A stretch of 63,998 bases of DNA, filler included, from Dirinaria sp. TL-2023a (Eukaryota), in NCBI GenBank assembly GCA_051941275.1. It is 3 parts of 3 records of this genome, joined end to end, with 100 filler letters (N's around TTAATTAATTAA, not from the genome) between each part and the next. Parts side by side here need not be neighbours in the genome. Positions count along the whole stretch, not along the records: positions 21,854 to 43,465 come from JAVEBF010000248.1; positions 43,566 to 63,998 come from JAVEBF010000287.1; 1 more part is not named here. One strand, written 5' to 3'. The position numbers and the translations under genes were made by a program. Every line of letters begins with the position of its first letter. Positions within the stretch are counted from its first letter, which is position 1. Below the pieces are notes generated by a model. It was not told the origin of the DNA. It ran no database searches and was given only the letters and a program-made list of their open reading frames with translations. This document shows positions 38,477-52,286 of this stretch, piece after piece.

Positions 38477-41400
38477 ATGGACGCATCTCTTCGTGGCGAT
38501 GCCTCCGCCGACTTGACCGATCCAAGTTCCCTCCTTAGCACAACCTCCACATCTGCAGTGCTACCACAGGCATCACCGTTTGCTACAGCTCAAGATGGCG
38601 TTACAGCAAGGTCACGGTGGGGTGTCTTTGGGATTCTGGCATTACTCCTGGCACGGCTCATACCGGCGGTCCTGTACTGGGCAGTCACGTTTACCTCGAT
38701 AACTTTGCCCACGCTATTGTTCAAGCTATTCTCCACCAGCTTGACGTTCACAATGAACCTGACGACCTTGTAAGCAATTGATGGTTCCCAAGGGCTGATC
38801 GCAGCTAAGACGTTGCAGACTTCTCATTGCACTAGCATTTGTCTCTCTCATCACATGGATCGTCCGATATCGGTTCCTCGATATGTACGCACGCCTGCCG
38901 CCAGAACCACAGAGAAAAGAACCTCATCTCGACTTGTTTCCCGACACACAGGATGGAGACTCGAAGCCCGGCTTAGCGAATTACCTGGACGAATTCCTGA
39001 GCGCGATCAAGGTTTTTGGATACTGTGAGTGCGGCGTCGCTTCATGAATAGCCTTCCAAGTAAGCTGACACTGCTTCTAGTGGAACGATCGGTCTTCCAC
39101 GAACTTACACGAACAATGCAGACACGGAAATTGATCGCTGGGGAAACGTTGCTGCTAGAAGAAGAGAAGGGTTTCTGCCTAGTCGTGGATGGGCTGGTGC
39201 AAATCTTCGTCAAATCTGGTAGAGATAACAACCCGGCGCACAGCGAGTCATGGATGAGTAGTAGCGGCCAATTGTTTGAGGATGAGGAGGAACGCCCAGT
39301 AGAGCATCAAGGGTACCAGCTCTTAACGGAAGTCAAGAATGGCGCTCCCATGTCGTCGCTGTTCTCTATACTGTCTCTTTTCACGGAAGATGTAAATCTT
39401 CGACGTGGTAGGGATGATGAGACAAGGCTGGGCTCGAGTTCTTCGAGTGCAGGTTTTGCGCCGGGCGTCACGCCGGAGTCTATGCCAGCCACTCCTGCCG
39501 AACTCCCTCCGCATCTCGGACATCCAACAACCGGCCGCCCTCGCAATTCTTCTGTCGGAATATTGAGTAATGGCATGCCAGCTGTGCCACCCTTATCCTT
39601 GGATTCTCCCTCAAGAGTTGACGAGGATGGCCATAGCAGAAGTGAAGAACAGCACGAGACTCGTAACAAGGCGCGAAGCAGGAAATCCGTACACCCCGAC
39701 ATCGTTGCAAGGGCAACTGTTGATACTACAATTGCCATCATACCTGCGACAGCGTTCCATCGCCTTACGAGGGGCTATCCCAAAGCGACAGCGCACATTG
39801 TGCAAGTTATCTTGACTCGCCTACAAAGAGTGACACTAGCGACAGCTCATTCCTATTTAGGTCTGACCTCTGAGGTTCTACAGACGGAGCGACGCATGAA
39901 CAGATATACCAGCTATGATCTGCCGAATCATCTACGAGGATCCGCGTTGGAGAGGTTGAAAGACAAGTTCGCGGACGAAAGAGAACGACTTAGCTCGATC
40001 GAAGAGGGCATGAAGGGTATTGCATTGCACAATCCTGGTGCGGCCAGGAGGCGGCGATCCAGCAGTAGTCTGCGTAGAGACGTTTTGGCACATGCCAGAG
40101 TCTCAGCGGCACGTCACCATTCTCCCACTCGAGATCTGAACGAAGGCGGTGTCTCAAGTCAGAAGACAGGCGTTGACCCTGGCGACCTTCTGACCAACAT
40201 ACAACTTTCCAGGTTCGGAACCAGGGATCCTGCACACCTTCAAATGACGACTAAGTCGCCCGCAATAAGCCCATTGTCACCAATCGAGGGACCTTCCTTG
40301 ACAAGTCCATTGGGTCAGCGAGAATTTTCCCCTTTCTTGCCAACACCACAACGCAATGGTCTGCAGGGGCGACGTGCAGATTCGTTGGACGAGGATGGGA
40401 TGTTCCGAGAGTCGATCTTGGAGTGTATCATCAAGGCAATAGGACTAACGAATCCCAAAGACGCAATGAGGAAGTCGGCCGAATCAGTAGAGCACTCGCC
40501 CCGCATGATTTCGTATGACGCTCAACGTCAGAAAGCGACATTTTCCAATGCTTTTGGATATATGGACCCGTACGATGGCTCCGGCGACGGTGATACAGAA
40601 TCGGTCAGTTCTGTATCTGGCCATGGTGGAGGTTCTTTCAACACTAAGAAGGTCACCAGCGATACTAAAGACGAGCTTGAGATAGTCTACTTCCCCAAAG
40701 ATGCCGTACTCGTTGAAGCAGGCGAGAGAAATCCGGGTCTCTATTATGTGATCGACGGCTTCCTTGACGTAAGCGTCACCTCAGACGAAAAGCCTACGGA
40801 CAATATACCTCATATGAATGGCTCGTTGAGCCAAAGCACCGACGATCTTCTGCCGCCCCTCCGGAGAGTGGGCACGAATGCTTCGAGAAGGTCGGAGATG
40901 CGTAGCACCTCGCGTAATAGCAAGAAGCCTCAGGGGCGAAAAAGCTTGTACACAATCAAGCCCGGTGGACTAGCTGGCTACATAGGAACAGTCTCGTCGT
41001 ACCGATCTTTCATCGATGTACGGGCTAAAACGGACGTGTACGTCGGTTTTCTGCCAAGGGCCTCGCTGGAGCGATTGGTCGAGAAATATCCTGTAATCTT
41101 ATTAACGATGGCTAAACGTCTCACCAGCCTGCTTCCGCCATTGATTTTGCACATAGATTTTGCTCTGGAATGGATCCAAGTAAACGCAGGACAAGTTATC
41201 CACCATCAAGGCGACGAAAGTGATGCAATCTATATCGTACTCAACGGCCGATTACGAGCAATTCTCGAAAAAGATAACAGCATAATGAAAGTTGTTGGTG
41301 AATATGGACAAGGGGAAAGCGTGGGAGAACTTGAAGTCATGACGGAATCCGTTCGACCCGCAACATTACACGCCATTCGGGACACCGAGCTAGCGAAATT

Positions 41401-43168
41401 CCCAAAATCGCTCTTTAACAGTCTTGCACTGGAGCATCCGGGCATCACAATGAAGGTTTCTAAGATCATCGCCCAGCGAATGCGAGCTATTGTGGAAGAT
41501 CCTCTCCTGGAACAAGGCAAGGAAAAGACCAGCGGCACTTCCGTACAGAATGTTACCTCGAATGTCAATCTTCGAACAACTGCAATCTTACCGGTAACAG
41601 CTGGTGTACCTGTGGTAGAGTTTGGAAGCAGACTATTGAGTGCCTTCACGCAAATTGGCGTTGTCAACGGCGTGACCTCGCTTACTCAAGCAGCTATCCT
41701 GAACCATCTTGGCCGACATGCCTTCTCGAGAATGGGTAAACTCAAATTGTCACAATACCTTGCCGACCTAGAGGAGCGGTACGGGATGCTCCTATACATC
41801 GCAGACACCAACGTCAACTCACCATGGACCCAGACCTGTATCACCCAAGCGGACTGCATCCTCCTTGTCGGCCTTGCAGAAGGTTCACCAAGGATTGGCG
41901 AATACGAGAAATTCCTGTTAGGCATGAAGAGCACAGCAAGGAAGGAGCTCGTACTGCTCCATGTCGAGCGCTATTCACCACCAGGGTTGACACGTAAATG
42001 GCTGAGAAACCGTCTCTGGATCAATGGTGGCCATCATCACATCCAGATGTCGCTCCGAAACGACTCGGAGCCCATCAGTCCACAGATCAAGCGCTTCGGC
42101 ACCGCTCTGAAGCAAAGAGTTCAAGTACTGCAAGCCGAGATCCAGAAGTACACCTCCCGGAGGATCCGCCAGACCCCTTTATACTCCGCAGAAACACCTT
42201 TCAAAGGCGACTTTCACCGCCTCGCCCGCAGATTATGCGGCAAATCCGTAGGCCTTGTACTCGGTGGCGGTGGAGCTCGAGGCATCTCCCAGATCGGCGT
42301 TATCCGCGCTCTCGAGGAAGCCGGGATCCCAATCGACATTGTCGGTGGGACGTCCATTGGAGCTTTCATCGGTGCGCTCTACGCCCGTGACGCCGACATC
42401 GTGCCGATGTACGGGCGCACGAAGAAATTCGCAGGGCGCATGGGCAGCATGTGGCGCTTTGCGCTGGACCTGACATACCCCTCAGCCTCCTACACCACAG
42501 GCCACGAATTCAACCGAGGCATCTACAAGACCTTCGGCAACAGCCAGATCGAGGATTTCTGGCTCGAGTTCTACTGCAACACGACCAACATCTCGAAATC
42601 GCGCTGCGAGATCCACACCTCGGGCTACGTGTGGCGGTACGTGCGCGCCAGCATGTCGCTCGCAGGTTTGATCCCGCCGCTCTGCGACGAAGGCAGCATG
42701 CTGCTCGACGGCGGCTACGTCGACAATCTCACCGTCGCCCACATGAAATCCCTCGGCGCGGACGTCATCTTCGCCGTCGACGTCGGCAGCCTCGACGACC
42801 AGCACCCGCAGGCCTTCGGCGACTCCCTCTCGGGCGCCTGGGCCTTGCTCAATCGCTGGAACCCCTTCTCCTCGTACCCGAACCCGCCCACGCTCTCGGA
42901 GATCCAGGCCCGCCTCGCCTACGTGAGCAGCGTCGACGCCTTGGAGCGCGCGAAGCAAATGCCCGGCTGCCTGTACATTCGGCCTGAGATCGATCCCTAC
43001 GGGACCCTCGAGTTTGGCAAGTTCGACGAGATTTATAAAGTTGGGTATGAGTGCGGGAAAGCGTTTTTGGGCAGGTTGAGGGAGAGGGGCATGTTGCCAG
43101 TGATGGAGGAGACGGAGGAGGAGAAGGGTTTGAGAAGGACCATGGCGCCTAGGAGAGCGAGTGTTTGA
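38477..43168 (+). CDS. NTE1: Lysophospholipase NTE1 (neuropathy target esterase homolog; cNMP-binding domains + patatin), 2 introns
   Basis: N-terminal transmembrane segments, cNMP-binding-like domains, and patatin motifs GGGGARG, GTSIG and DGG. Confidence 0.97.
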
Positions 43169-43465
43169 TTGATCGGGGTACATATGGTGAAGTTTTCGTT
43201 TGCAGGTTTGTGAATATGGTGCAGTGATGAGAGGCTTCCTTCTCAGTGCTAGTTCGATCGATCGATTTTTTTCCTTTTTTTTTTCTGTGATACCCGAGTT
43301 CATCAACTTAGAAATACATATCGAACAAATTTTGACCATTTCTAGCATTTTTCCTAGTGTTAGCCTTCTTTCCTTCCTTTCTTTTAACATGAAATTCATC
43401 CATCCATCCATCTACGAAAGGGTTTGCGCATATAAATAAAGTAGAAGAGATAAGAATATCGAACC

Positions 43466-43565
43466 NNNNNNNNNNNNNNNNNNNNNNNNNNNNNNNNNNN
43501 NNNNNNNNNTTAATTAATTAANNNNNNNNNNNNNNNNNNNNNNNNNNNNNNNNNNNNNNNNNNNN
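43466..43565. other. Assembly gap with artificial linker TTAATTAATTAA
   Basis: N-runs flank TTAATTAATTAA at 43510-43521. Confidence 0.98.
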
Positions 43566-43639
43566 AGTGGGTGTGAGACCATCGAACTCGATCGTATTCG
43601 CGGAACATTTTACCGCTACACCACCACTGTCTACGTTGT
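43566..43639 (-). ncRNA. Pol III-type structured ncRNA family, copy G (3' part lost in gap)
   Basis: The reverse complement is acaacgtagacagtggTGGTGTAGCGGtaaaatgttccgcgaatacgatcgagttcgatggtctcacacccact. TATA (TATATATA) lies at 43666-43673 and the A-box at 43613-43623. Confidence 0.7.
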
Positions 43640-44397
43640 AACCAATACATGTGGTTTAATTGTGATATATATACTTTAACATGCGAGAACACTTCCACGC
43701 TCAACATAATCAAGTTCTAAATCCCACTACATAGCTATGTAAGATACACTTAATACTTCCATCAACCCCTTTCAAATACTTCCGCCCCATTTCTACGTAT
43801 AGTTTACAACCCAAGGGTATCTGCGACTCTAAGTATTCAACAAAGTAATCAACTATTTCTCGACCTATCAAGGTGAACAGACAGACGTATGGCATGACTC
43901 GATTCCTACCTATGGTGTGTGTTTAAAAAGAGCAACCCTGAGGACGGGATTCTGGGGAATATAATACCTTAAAAGGGGTGCATGTAGAGTATGGGTGCAG
44001 ATAGTGATATATGGGAAAAATCATTTCGGGCTGAAAGTTCTATCGGTTCAGGGGGCTTAGGGGGAATTGGGCCGATTTGAAAATATGAATACTGCAGACT
44101 GCTAAAACAAGGCTGGAGGGGCTCATGGGGAATGTGGGGCCCTTGGACAGGGGATGATTAGTGGCGAATGGGCTGTATTTAAGGTACTTGTTGAAAAGGA
44201 CGGGCGAATGACAAAGGCGCCACCGAGTTCAGTTTCAATAGTGCTACATTTTTAAGAGTGAGCCAGGCCTCGGCAGTCTATGATGCTACTCGGAAGCAAT
44301 CAAAGTACATCACGACCGGATTTCTTGGCCTTCTCCTCACCTAAGCCGTTCCCTAGACCAATCACCGATAAGAGCTCTCTCCCATTGTCCCCGGCTC

Positions 44398-45508
44398 CTA
44401 GTCCACCTCAATCAGCCCAGGTCCGTACACCGTATCCGCGGCAACAGCATCTGGCGTCGTGAAGTTGCCCTTTCCATTAACCAGCGCAGCAATGGTCAAG
44501 CCATTTGAGAACCCGGCATCGAATGGGAAGGCCACCGTTACGAGGGTCGTGCCATTAGATCCGACCTTGGTGTGACATGGTACCGTGAGCGGCAGATTTT
44601 GGCCCGAAAGATAGACAATCGACTGCTTCTCGCAATCGACGGGCCCAGTGACCGAGAACGTGATGGTTGTGTTCTTCCCTTGAGGCTTGTTGATCAGTGT
44701 CAAAGGCTTGAAGGTCGGTAAACCGATACTTGAGAGAGGCTTCGGGCAGGAACCCGGAACGATAAACATTTGCAAGGCTGTGAATGCGAAGCCGGCTGAT
44801 CCACCTGTGATGAAGGGTGCAGCAGAGGGGGTTTTCTGCTGGAGGGTGCGGTAGAAGCCGTCTTGCTGGGATTCTTGACCAAGGATAGAACCCAGTAAGA
44901 CGACGTTGGCCACTTCGTCACCGCCGTCGGTGGCGAAGAGGGTTTGAACTTCGGGTAAGGTGCCGATAGCGAGGTCCGTGAAGGTTTGGGCGAGGAGGAT
45001 GGCGTCTTTGAATTCGCTGACTGGAAACTGGTACTCGCAGGGGGCGATGGGAGCTTGTTTGGCGCTGACGAGAATCGCGTTGGCGCCTAGGGCGTGTATT
45101 TTCTCTTGCTGGTGATCGTTAGTACTAGCGAAACATAGGTCAGGGAAGGATATAGTCTACTTCGACAATGGTCGAAAGGGCTTTTATCACAAAGTCTCGG
45201 TTGAGCTCAGGATGTGAAGACTTGATGTCATAGCCTCGCGCATTCGACGTCACATTGTTCAGCAGCTCCGTGAAGAAGGCGACTTCGAAGAGCTCATTGT
45301 TGGCAAGAAGCTGGAGAGCAGTAACAGCACCGCTCTTCAGGCTGGTGGGAAGAGGTCCGTTCGGCAGAGGCCCTCCCGCTGCCTTCTCGACGCGAGCGAG
45401 TTGAGCCGGGGAGAGGTTGGGGAAACCATCAGGCGTCGGGAATTTGAACGGAGCGGCTACGGTACCAGCGATGGCAATGGAGAAAGTAAGGATGCTGAAC
45501 AGATACAT
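44398..45508 (-). CDS. Secreted ferritin-like domain protein (Rds1/LsdA 'sexual development protein'-like), one intron
   Basis: Signal peptide MYLFSILTFSIAIAGTVAA, LQLLANNELFEVAFF, QEKIHAL, PCEYQFPV and ILGQESQQDGFYR. Confidence 0.85.
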
Positions 45509-45605
45509 GGCGGGAGCTGTGAGACTGGGAGGGTGGATGGGAGAGGGTTGAAGGGTGAATGGGAGAGTAAAGATAGACGGTGAGTGGAAAAAGAAAGGAG
45601 GAGGT

Positions 45606-45650
45606 GGAAGAAGAAGAAGAAGAAGAAGAAGAAGAAGAAGAAGAAGAAGA
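45606..45650 (+). repeat. (GAA)n microsatellite in the 5' region of the ferritin-like gene
   Basis: About 14 tandem GAA units within a polypurine tract. Confidence 0.95.
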
Positions 45651-48600
45651 GGAGCAAGAAAAAGAGGAAGAAGAAGACGAAGGAGAGGAAGAGAAAGGGG
45701 AAGGGGCGGTGATATCATGACATGAATAAGAGGAAGGGCTGAGTTACACAGCAAATGACCCAAGGTAAGTGTTGTTGCACAGCAAAGGAAGGCGCGTTGT
45801 CCCGACTCGACCAATTGTGGATTAGCGGTAACACGTGTGGAGTAGGCGGGACACACGAGCCCTCTGGATTAATGTAAATACATGAAGCAGTGCCTTAGGT
45901 ACCGTACCTTAGGATTCCCTGTTGACGGTTTGGTAAGGTAGGTAGGTAGTCCCGATTTCGCTGCGGGTCCGTTCTTTGTTTGCTTGTTGCCCACTGCGGA
46001 TCATCTCTGGATCGGCGATAGTCGGCGATAGTCGGCAATAGCCCTAATGAAAGGCCTCAGAGAGATATTTGCCAAGCATCAAGGTAGGTTTGATAGAGAG
46101 CCGTACTTATGAGGTACTGCAAGAAAGCAAGCCACTTCGACTACCCTACTGTAATAAGCGCTTTAGGCTCTGTTATTTAGAAATTCCGGTACGCAATAAT
46201 AACGTTGGGGAAACCATATTTAGGTCTGTTTCGCAGAATGGGAATAATTCGCCGAAGCGGTAAGCAGGATAGAGGGATTCAATTCTCCGTTTTAGATTGG
46301 CCCGCACACAAAGCGTGATTTCGAGCATAACTCCCACGCAAGGCCAAGCGCATAATACAGATTTGAAGTATCAGGATTTCAGACCACAACGCTCCGGGAT
46401 ATATCTGGCAAGACAAATCTTTTGATACTGGGCTCTGGGTCTAGCATAACACTCTCCAGCCTGTTGCTCCCGACTCCGTGCCCTCAATATCCGTGGCAAG
46501 AGTCTTGGGGGAATCAACCACGTCTACCGATGATGAGATGGTCGTGACGGCTGCAGAACAAGAAACCTAGGTAATTCAATGATGACTCAGGCTAGAAAAT
46601 ACATTGCGAAAAGAGTGGGAGCGATAGAGACTCGGTAGAGGAATGAGGAAGCTCATAGACGAAGCTAAGGCCGAGGAATGTATTGCTGGCGACATTGAAC
46701 GTTGCGGTCGATTTCAATGGCTCTTCCTTCCCTACCAGATCAGCCTTTGCCTGCTCTTCTATGTCTTGCGATAGATGTAGATCAGTTTCACTGCTGTTCA
46801 TCGATCAACGAGCGAAAGCAGAGGGTGAAGCTGGTATTGTGGATGCTGACAAAGTATTGATCGATGGAGTTGTCTCTGAAGTCCGGTCGTGTCGATTTTT
46901 ACGACTGTTGCTTACTAATCAAAAACCCTCGATCCCAGCCCATCACAAGTCTCATTGAGCAGGTATGAGATGTACGCTGATCAAGGTACATCAAGAGTAC
47001 CGTAGTCCACGCATGTGGTACCGCCTTCTTCGCAGCGACCGTAGACCAGCTCCAGTATCTCCGCATAATCACAGACCAGCTGAAGAATCGGTTCGACTGA
47101 GAGAGTCCAAAGACCTGAATGCCCGAATCTGGACTCCATGCCGTTATGGCATTATATGTCTCTGTAATCAGTAGCCCCTAGGTAGCCCCTTGAGCACGCT
47201 GAGCATTCCTTCAACTCTGATCCCTGAGGGGCTGAGGGTTTTTATCGCAAGCTCTCAAGATACGAGGCGATCACTATATTAACTCCAGCGACAAAATACT
47301 AGTAGTGGATATGTCTCTGGGGTAAAAATAAAAGAAGAAGAGAAAAAAAAAACAAACAAACAAGTCTTGGGTGTCCGGCTCACTTACGACTAATTTCACT
47401 ACCTGGATGTAGACTGCTATCCTCTCCAAGAAAGTAGATTCTCTGGTAAGCCATTGATAGTCTCATTCTCACCCCTTGCTTCATTCTGATACTATCTAAT
47501 TTCGGCAGCGACCTTCAGCTGTCATTGATAAAACCTAGAGAGCTTCAAAGTCCCCCTCCAGAATTCGTGCCACCAAGTTGCAGACTTTATCTTCAGCTTT
47601 TCTTGCTGACTGTCGTCCACTCTGCCTCAGAACCCTCAACTCCCTCACCCGCCTCTCCTCCTACATCTGATTTTGACTCTCTCATTTTTCCCTCTTTCAA
47701 TTTCTCCTCGCTCACTTTCTCCTCATGCTTTAATTTTTCGATTTTTTTCCGACACTTGTTGATTTCCCTTACCAGCTCTTGGACATGCTGCTTGCGTTTT
47801 CCGTTTGGAACTTTACGCATGAATCCAAGCGAAGGTTCCTGATAATGGCCTTGCAATATTTCAAATGAATTTGAGCCGGCGCTTCTGGGCGCAGCCCCTT
47901 ACAGTTCAGTCAGTTGAGATACTGGAAAAATGCAGTTATGAGGTTCGCTGTTACCTGCAGATATGGCCTTTCCTAGCGCCTTTTCGCGTTCTTCAACGTC
48001 CTTCTGCACAAGTTTCCACTCCGCTGAGAGTTTTTGCCAGTCAAGTTCGAAACCTAGTGAAGAACGATCGCTTGGATCATAGTTTTTAGCCAGGAGATGC
48101 TCGTCGGTTTTGTGCATACTTATGAATTCTTCACTGAACTTTTGGAGAGCTGGAAAGCCATGTATGGGGAAGCTTTGAATATATACATGAGTTTGGCAGA
48201 GCTTGATAAAAGAACAAGAAGCCAAAGAAGTGGCTTGCTGCATGTTCTCCAGACGTTTATTTCTTTGATCGTCCTTCAGAAGTACGACATATTTCTTCTT
48301 TGAGTCGGTGTTTGCTGGCTGGCTTCACTTTGTTCGTCTGCCAGTGATCTGATGAGAAAAGAGCAAATTGTTTTATCGTACCTCTGGATATGACACTCTT
48401 TTGAGTCTAGAACAAGCGCTGCGAGTTCTAGATTACGTGAATGAATGATTGTTTGGCTGTAACCGTCACTACAGAGGTTGGTTTCCGACTAAATGCATAT
48501 GTATGGTTTTGTCACATTCTGTTGCCGTATGAGGATCATCAAAACTCTCTGATCCCTCTTTCCAGTCTGTGTCTGCATCATGGCAAACCCTGATGTTCGC

Positions 48601-50802
48601 TGCCTGCGATAGTGACTATATTGCTTTGCACCTCAGTAAAAGTCTCACCCCCTCGTTGGCCATGTGTTTTTCAACATGTTTCAGGCCCGGCTAGAGCCGT
48701 AAACATAAGCAGTTGCGATGGCTTCCCGTCATCGGCAGCAGGAGCTCGCTAGCAGATGAGATTTTTTTTTTTGGCGTGTGTCATGCATGTATAGCAGAGG
48801 TACTAACAATAGGACAAGCAATGTATGGCAGCGGAGCCCGGAGGCGATTCATTACCTGATCCAAACCCTCACGTGTGCCAAAATGTCTGGGCAACTGACT
48901 TGCCAGCACTATGCTAGCCTCGAACATCACAGAATGCCCATCGGATGCTGTAAACCCTTGCAAGACTGCTGCCCAAGCACTTCACATCGATTTTCCAAAG
49001 ATAAGCCAGCCAACCAGACCCTGTTGCTTAAATACTGGGGTACCATTTTCGCCAAAGCGCTTCCATTTATAGTGCTATTTGCGTAGGCTGATATGAGAGC
49101 AACGAACGATGGATTTGGCAAAAAAAAAAAAAAAAAAAAAAAAAAAATAAAGGAAAACAAAATAAATTAAAACAATATAGCGGGGAGGAATTAGAGTCCA
49201 CGTGTGGTAAAGTCCACGAAGTGGATAAGGTGGACGTTTGTGGAAGGGTTCGAGCAGAAATATAAGTTATTATACAGAGCCTCGCCGTACTCCTCCATTG
49301 ATTCCTCAAGCAGGACAAGAACCTCCTGCCGGAAATCCGGTGTTGGAATCCGCAGCTCAGGCCAGGTAATCCGAGATGCAGCTCAGGGATCTGCGCTGAC
49401 CCCATTATTCAAGTTTTTCATATGTTCCCGTCGTCTGCAGCCCCAGACGGACCAAACCTATGTTCCGGCAAAAGATCAGAATCTTGGAACTGAGCATTTG
49501 AAATTCAGATTTTAGAAATCATATAGACTCGTAGAAGATCACAGATTAGTCTGAAAATGTTTCCAAGTTGAGTAATATTGGAGTTAGTCGTATCTTCGTA
49601 TTTTGACGTCACCGGTCCCCACTGTCTCATCGTCGCTATTTCGCCTACTGGATTGCCTCTGATCCTCCCTCTCATGCTGCCTATTAATCAAGGTGACAGA
49701 AATCCTTGGGGTCTTGCTGAATAGTAGGGTTAGTCGTTGATGGTCGTCAAGCGCAGAGAAATTATGTGGTGCCCTTGAAGGGTTACTTCTGTATAGGACG
49801 TTTATGGGTCTAGCCTGTTCGGACTAGAGATCTACCAGGACTGCAGGCGCTTGGAATCGCGCCAATCAAGCTACACCACCCACATCCGAGCACTCATAAC
49901 TCTCGAAGTTGACTGAAGAGTACAAGAAGAAGTTCTATCAACGTGCCTCACGGGCGCAGGTTGAATGCCACCACCTCATTCAGTGGCATTGTTTTAGAAG
50001 TCGACAATGCGTCAGGAGCTGCCTTGATCTGCCCACACAGGAAGATTGAGAAATGAGACTGAAGGCTTCCTCAGTATGTCGATATCGTTGCCGGATTGCT
50101 CGAGGTCGTCTATAGACGTCTTCACTTGCAACAGATCCTGCTCCAATATGAAGAATCGAAAAATCGCCGCTGCGAGAGCATTCGATCTCAAAGGCCCGTC
50201 GGCCACATCTGTTCCACAAACATATTTCCCGTGCCTCAACAAGGCTCGGCTGCATGCAGAATCCCCTCCTGAAACTTAACATGCAGGAAAAAGGTTTGCC
50301 GAGTCTGGTAATCTCTAATACGATTCTATGGCTCCGGAGCACAGTACATTTATGCATCTGAATCTGCCTGATATCGACCTGCGTGGGCATTTTGAGTTTG
50401 TTTCAAGATTTCTATCCGAGCCTCATAGCCTTAGGCTTTATTTAGCAGATCTCTGCATTTTCCTCGACATACAAGCCAATGATATGGGCCCACTGAAAAT
50501 GTGCATCTGTTTCATCAAGATACTGCGGGGTAGTCCATATGCATCTATTCTCTAGACATTTCCTCCAGATGCCGTCCCAGGCGCTTAACTGAGTGGACCA
50601 TCGACGCAGCCTCGTCGGCGAGCGTTCTTGATCTCGAGGACTCTGAAGGCACTTAAGGCATGCGTTGTCCGTTTCTTTTCTTCTTTTCACTGCCTTGACG
50701 AAAGCGGCCGTTCTTTAGTAAATTTGCATCCCGCGAAGCAAATATCCGTTAATAGTTTTAAGCTTCTCGCTTGTCACTGCTTGAACTATCAGCCTTCGGA
50801 GC

Positions 50803-52286
50803 ATGATGTCAAAGTCACCCTCCGCTCAGACGCCGGATCAGGCTGAAGCTCAGCGACAAGCACTCTTGAATGGACCAGCTGCGCCGCCTCCATCTGGCGT
50901 CATGCCCAATTTCGAAAACCCATCGAATCTAGACGCATACGTGATACTAACGATAACGCTATGTGTAAGCCTTAGTACAGTGTCTGTGCTACTACGAATG
51001 TACACCAAGAAGTATATAATCAGATCTTTGGCATACGAAGACTGTGGGTTCTGGATCGATTCACCATGAACAGTGTCCTCACTACTAACGATATCAAGAT
51101 GTCATCCTTATTGCTTGGGTGCGATTTAATCAGAAGACTGCATTTTTAATAGCTGACTGTAATAGATTGGTCAGGTTGGGAGCACTATTCCGTCCGGCAC
51201 TGTCACCAAATATAGCGGAGGGAGGCACATGTGGAACGTTCGACTGCACACATTCTTCAGCATGCTTTATGTAAGTCCAAATCGACCAAACTCCGTGATA
51301 TGTAGAATTTCACTGACCGCGGGGAAGTGGGTAAACATTTCGGCTATCGTCTATGGTTTTGTCGTTTTCTTCGTCAAGCTTTCGATCCTTCTTCAATACC
51401 TGCGCATCTTTGCACCCACGAGAAAAGGGAACATGTTTATGTTCGTAGGAGCCCAGCTCTGCATCTGGATTGTCCTCGTCTTTTACCTTGTGGAAAGTGT
51501 GTTCGAGATTTGCAAATGCACGCCTCGAGCAAAGATCTGGAACCCACTAATGAAAGGTGGTCATTACTTTAGCCCATACGGCACCTTCCAAGCGACTGGG
51601 ATCTTCAATGCAGTATCCGACTTTGCTATCTTGATACTTCCGATGCCATCCGTATGGAAACTGCAACTCCCGCTGAGGAAAAAAGTGCTAATGACCGCAA
51701 TATTCGGTACAGGACTTTTGTAAGTCATCGTTTGCCCTACTGCTTCGCATGCACTTCGGGAACGCAATTGACACTAGCTAGCGCCTGCATGAGTTCTGTG
51801 CTGAGGACATACTATACATGGAGAATTGTCGAGTCTCCCGACGTAAGCTATTACATGACACTAATGGGGCTATAGACTAGTGCAGAGCTCTCCACGGGCA
51901 TTTTCATAAGCTGCGTTCCCGTCATGCCGAAGTTTTTCCGGCATGTGGGCCCCAAGGTTTCTAGAGCTATCGCGACCAAAAGACTTTTTATGAAGTCTTC
52001 AGCTGGCTGTTCAGTAGATGAGCCACGACTTCTGGCGGCCTCCGAACACCAACGGAGTGTCCTTTCCAAAATCCAAGAAAGTCTAGCGTTGACTAAGTCC
52101 AAGGCATCTGGCGATGTGTACAGAAACCATTCGCCACGTCCGGAAGACTATGTCGTTGACGACGAGGTAAACGCAACGCCTGAGAGTCGATTCGACCAGC
52201 TGCGCCCGCTACCAGACGCAATGCTCGCTACAAGGAGAAATGACTTGGAGAGCGCCCACTGTGGCAATGAGCGTGGTGAATGGTGA
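50803..52286 (+). pseudogene. PTH11-like / fungal rhodopsin-domain integral membrane protein with premature stop
   Basis: PPPSGVMPNFENP, VLLRMYTK, FVKLSILLQYLRIF, SDFAILILPMPSVWKLQLPLRKK and MGL*TSAELSTGIFISCVP. An in-frame TAG at 51873-51875 falls where this family usually has Trp. Confidence 0.7.

Noticed and set aside
42482..43411. 309-aa antisense ORF and other overlapping ORFs on NTE1, PAN3, OSH1 and the BTB gene (e.g. 31087-31857)
   Set aside because: These are shadow ORFs explained by GC-rich codon usage of the real gene on the other strand or frame.
45509..45856. Poly-Leu N-terminal extension of the ferritin-like protein
   Set aside because: It is the translation of the (GAA)n microsatellite in the 5' region; the signal peptide begins at ATG 45508.
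46300..50700. Several minus-strand ORF fragments (46592-46801, 47593-48243, 49980-50690), with weak resemblance to 52440-52620 and 63000-63700
   Set aside because: They look like decayed genes, but I could not assign a family or show significant homology by eye.
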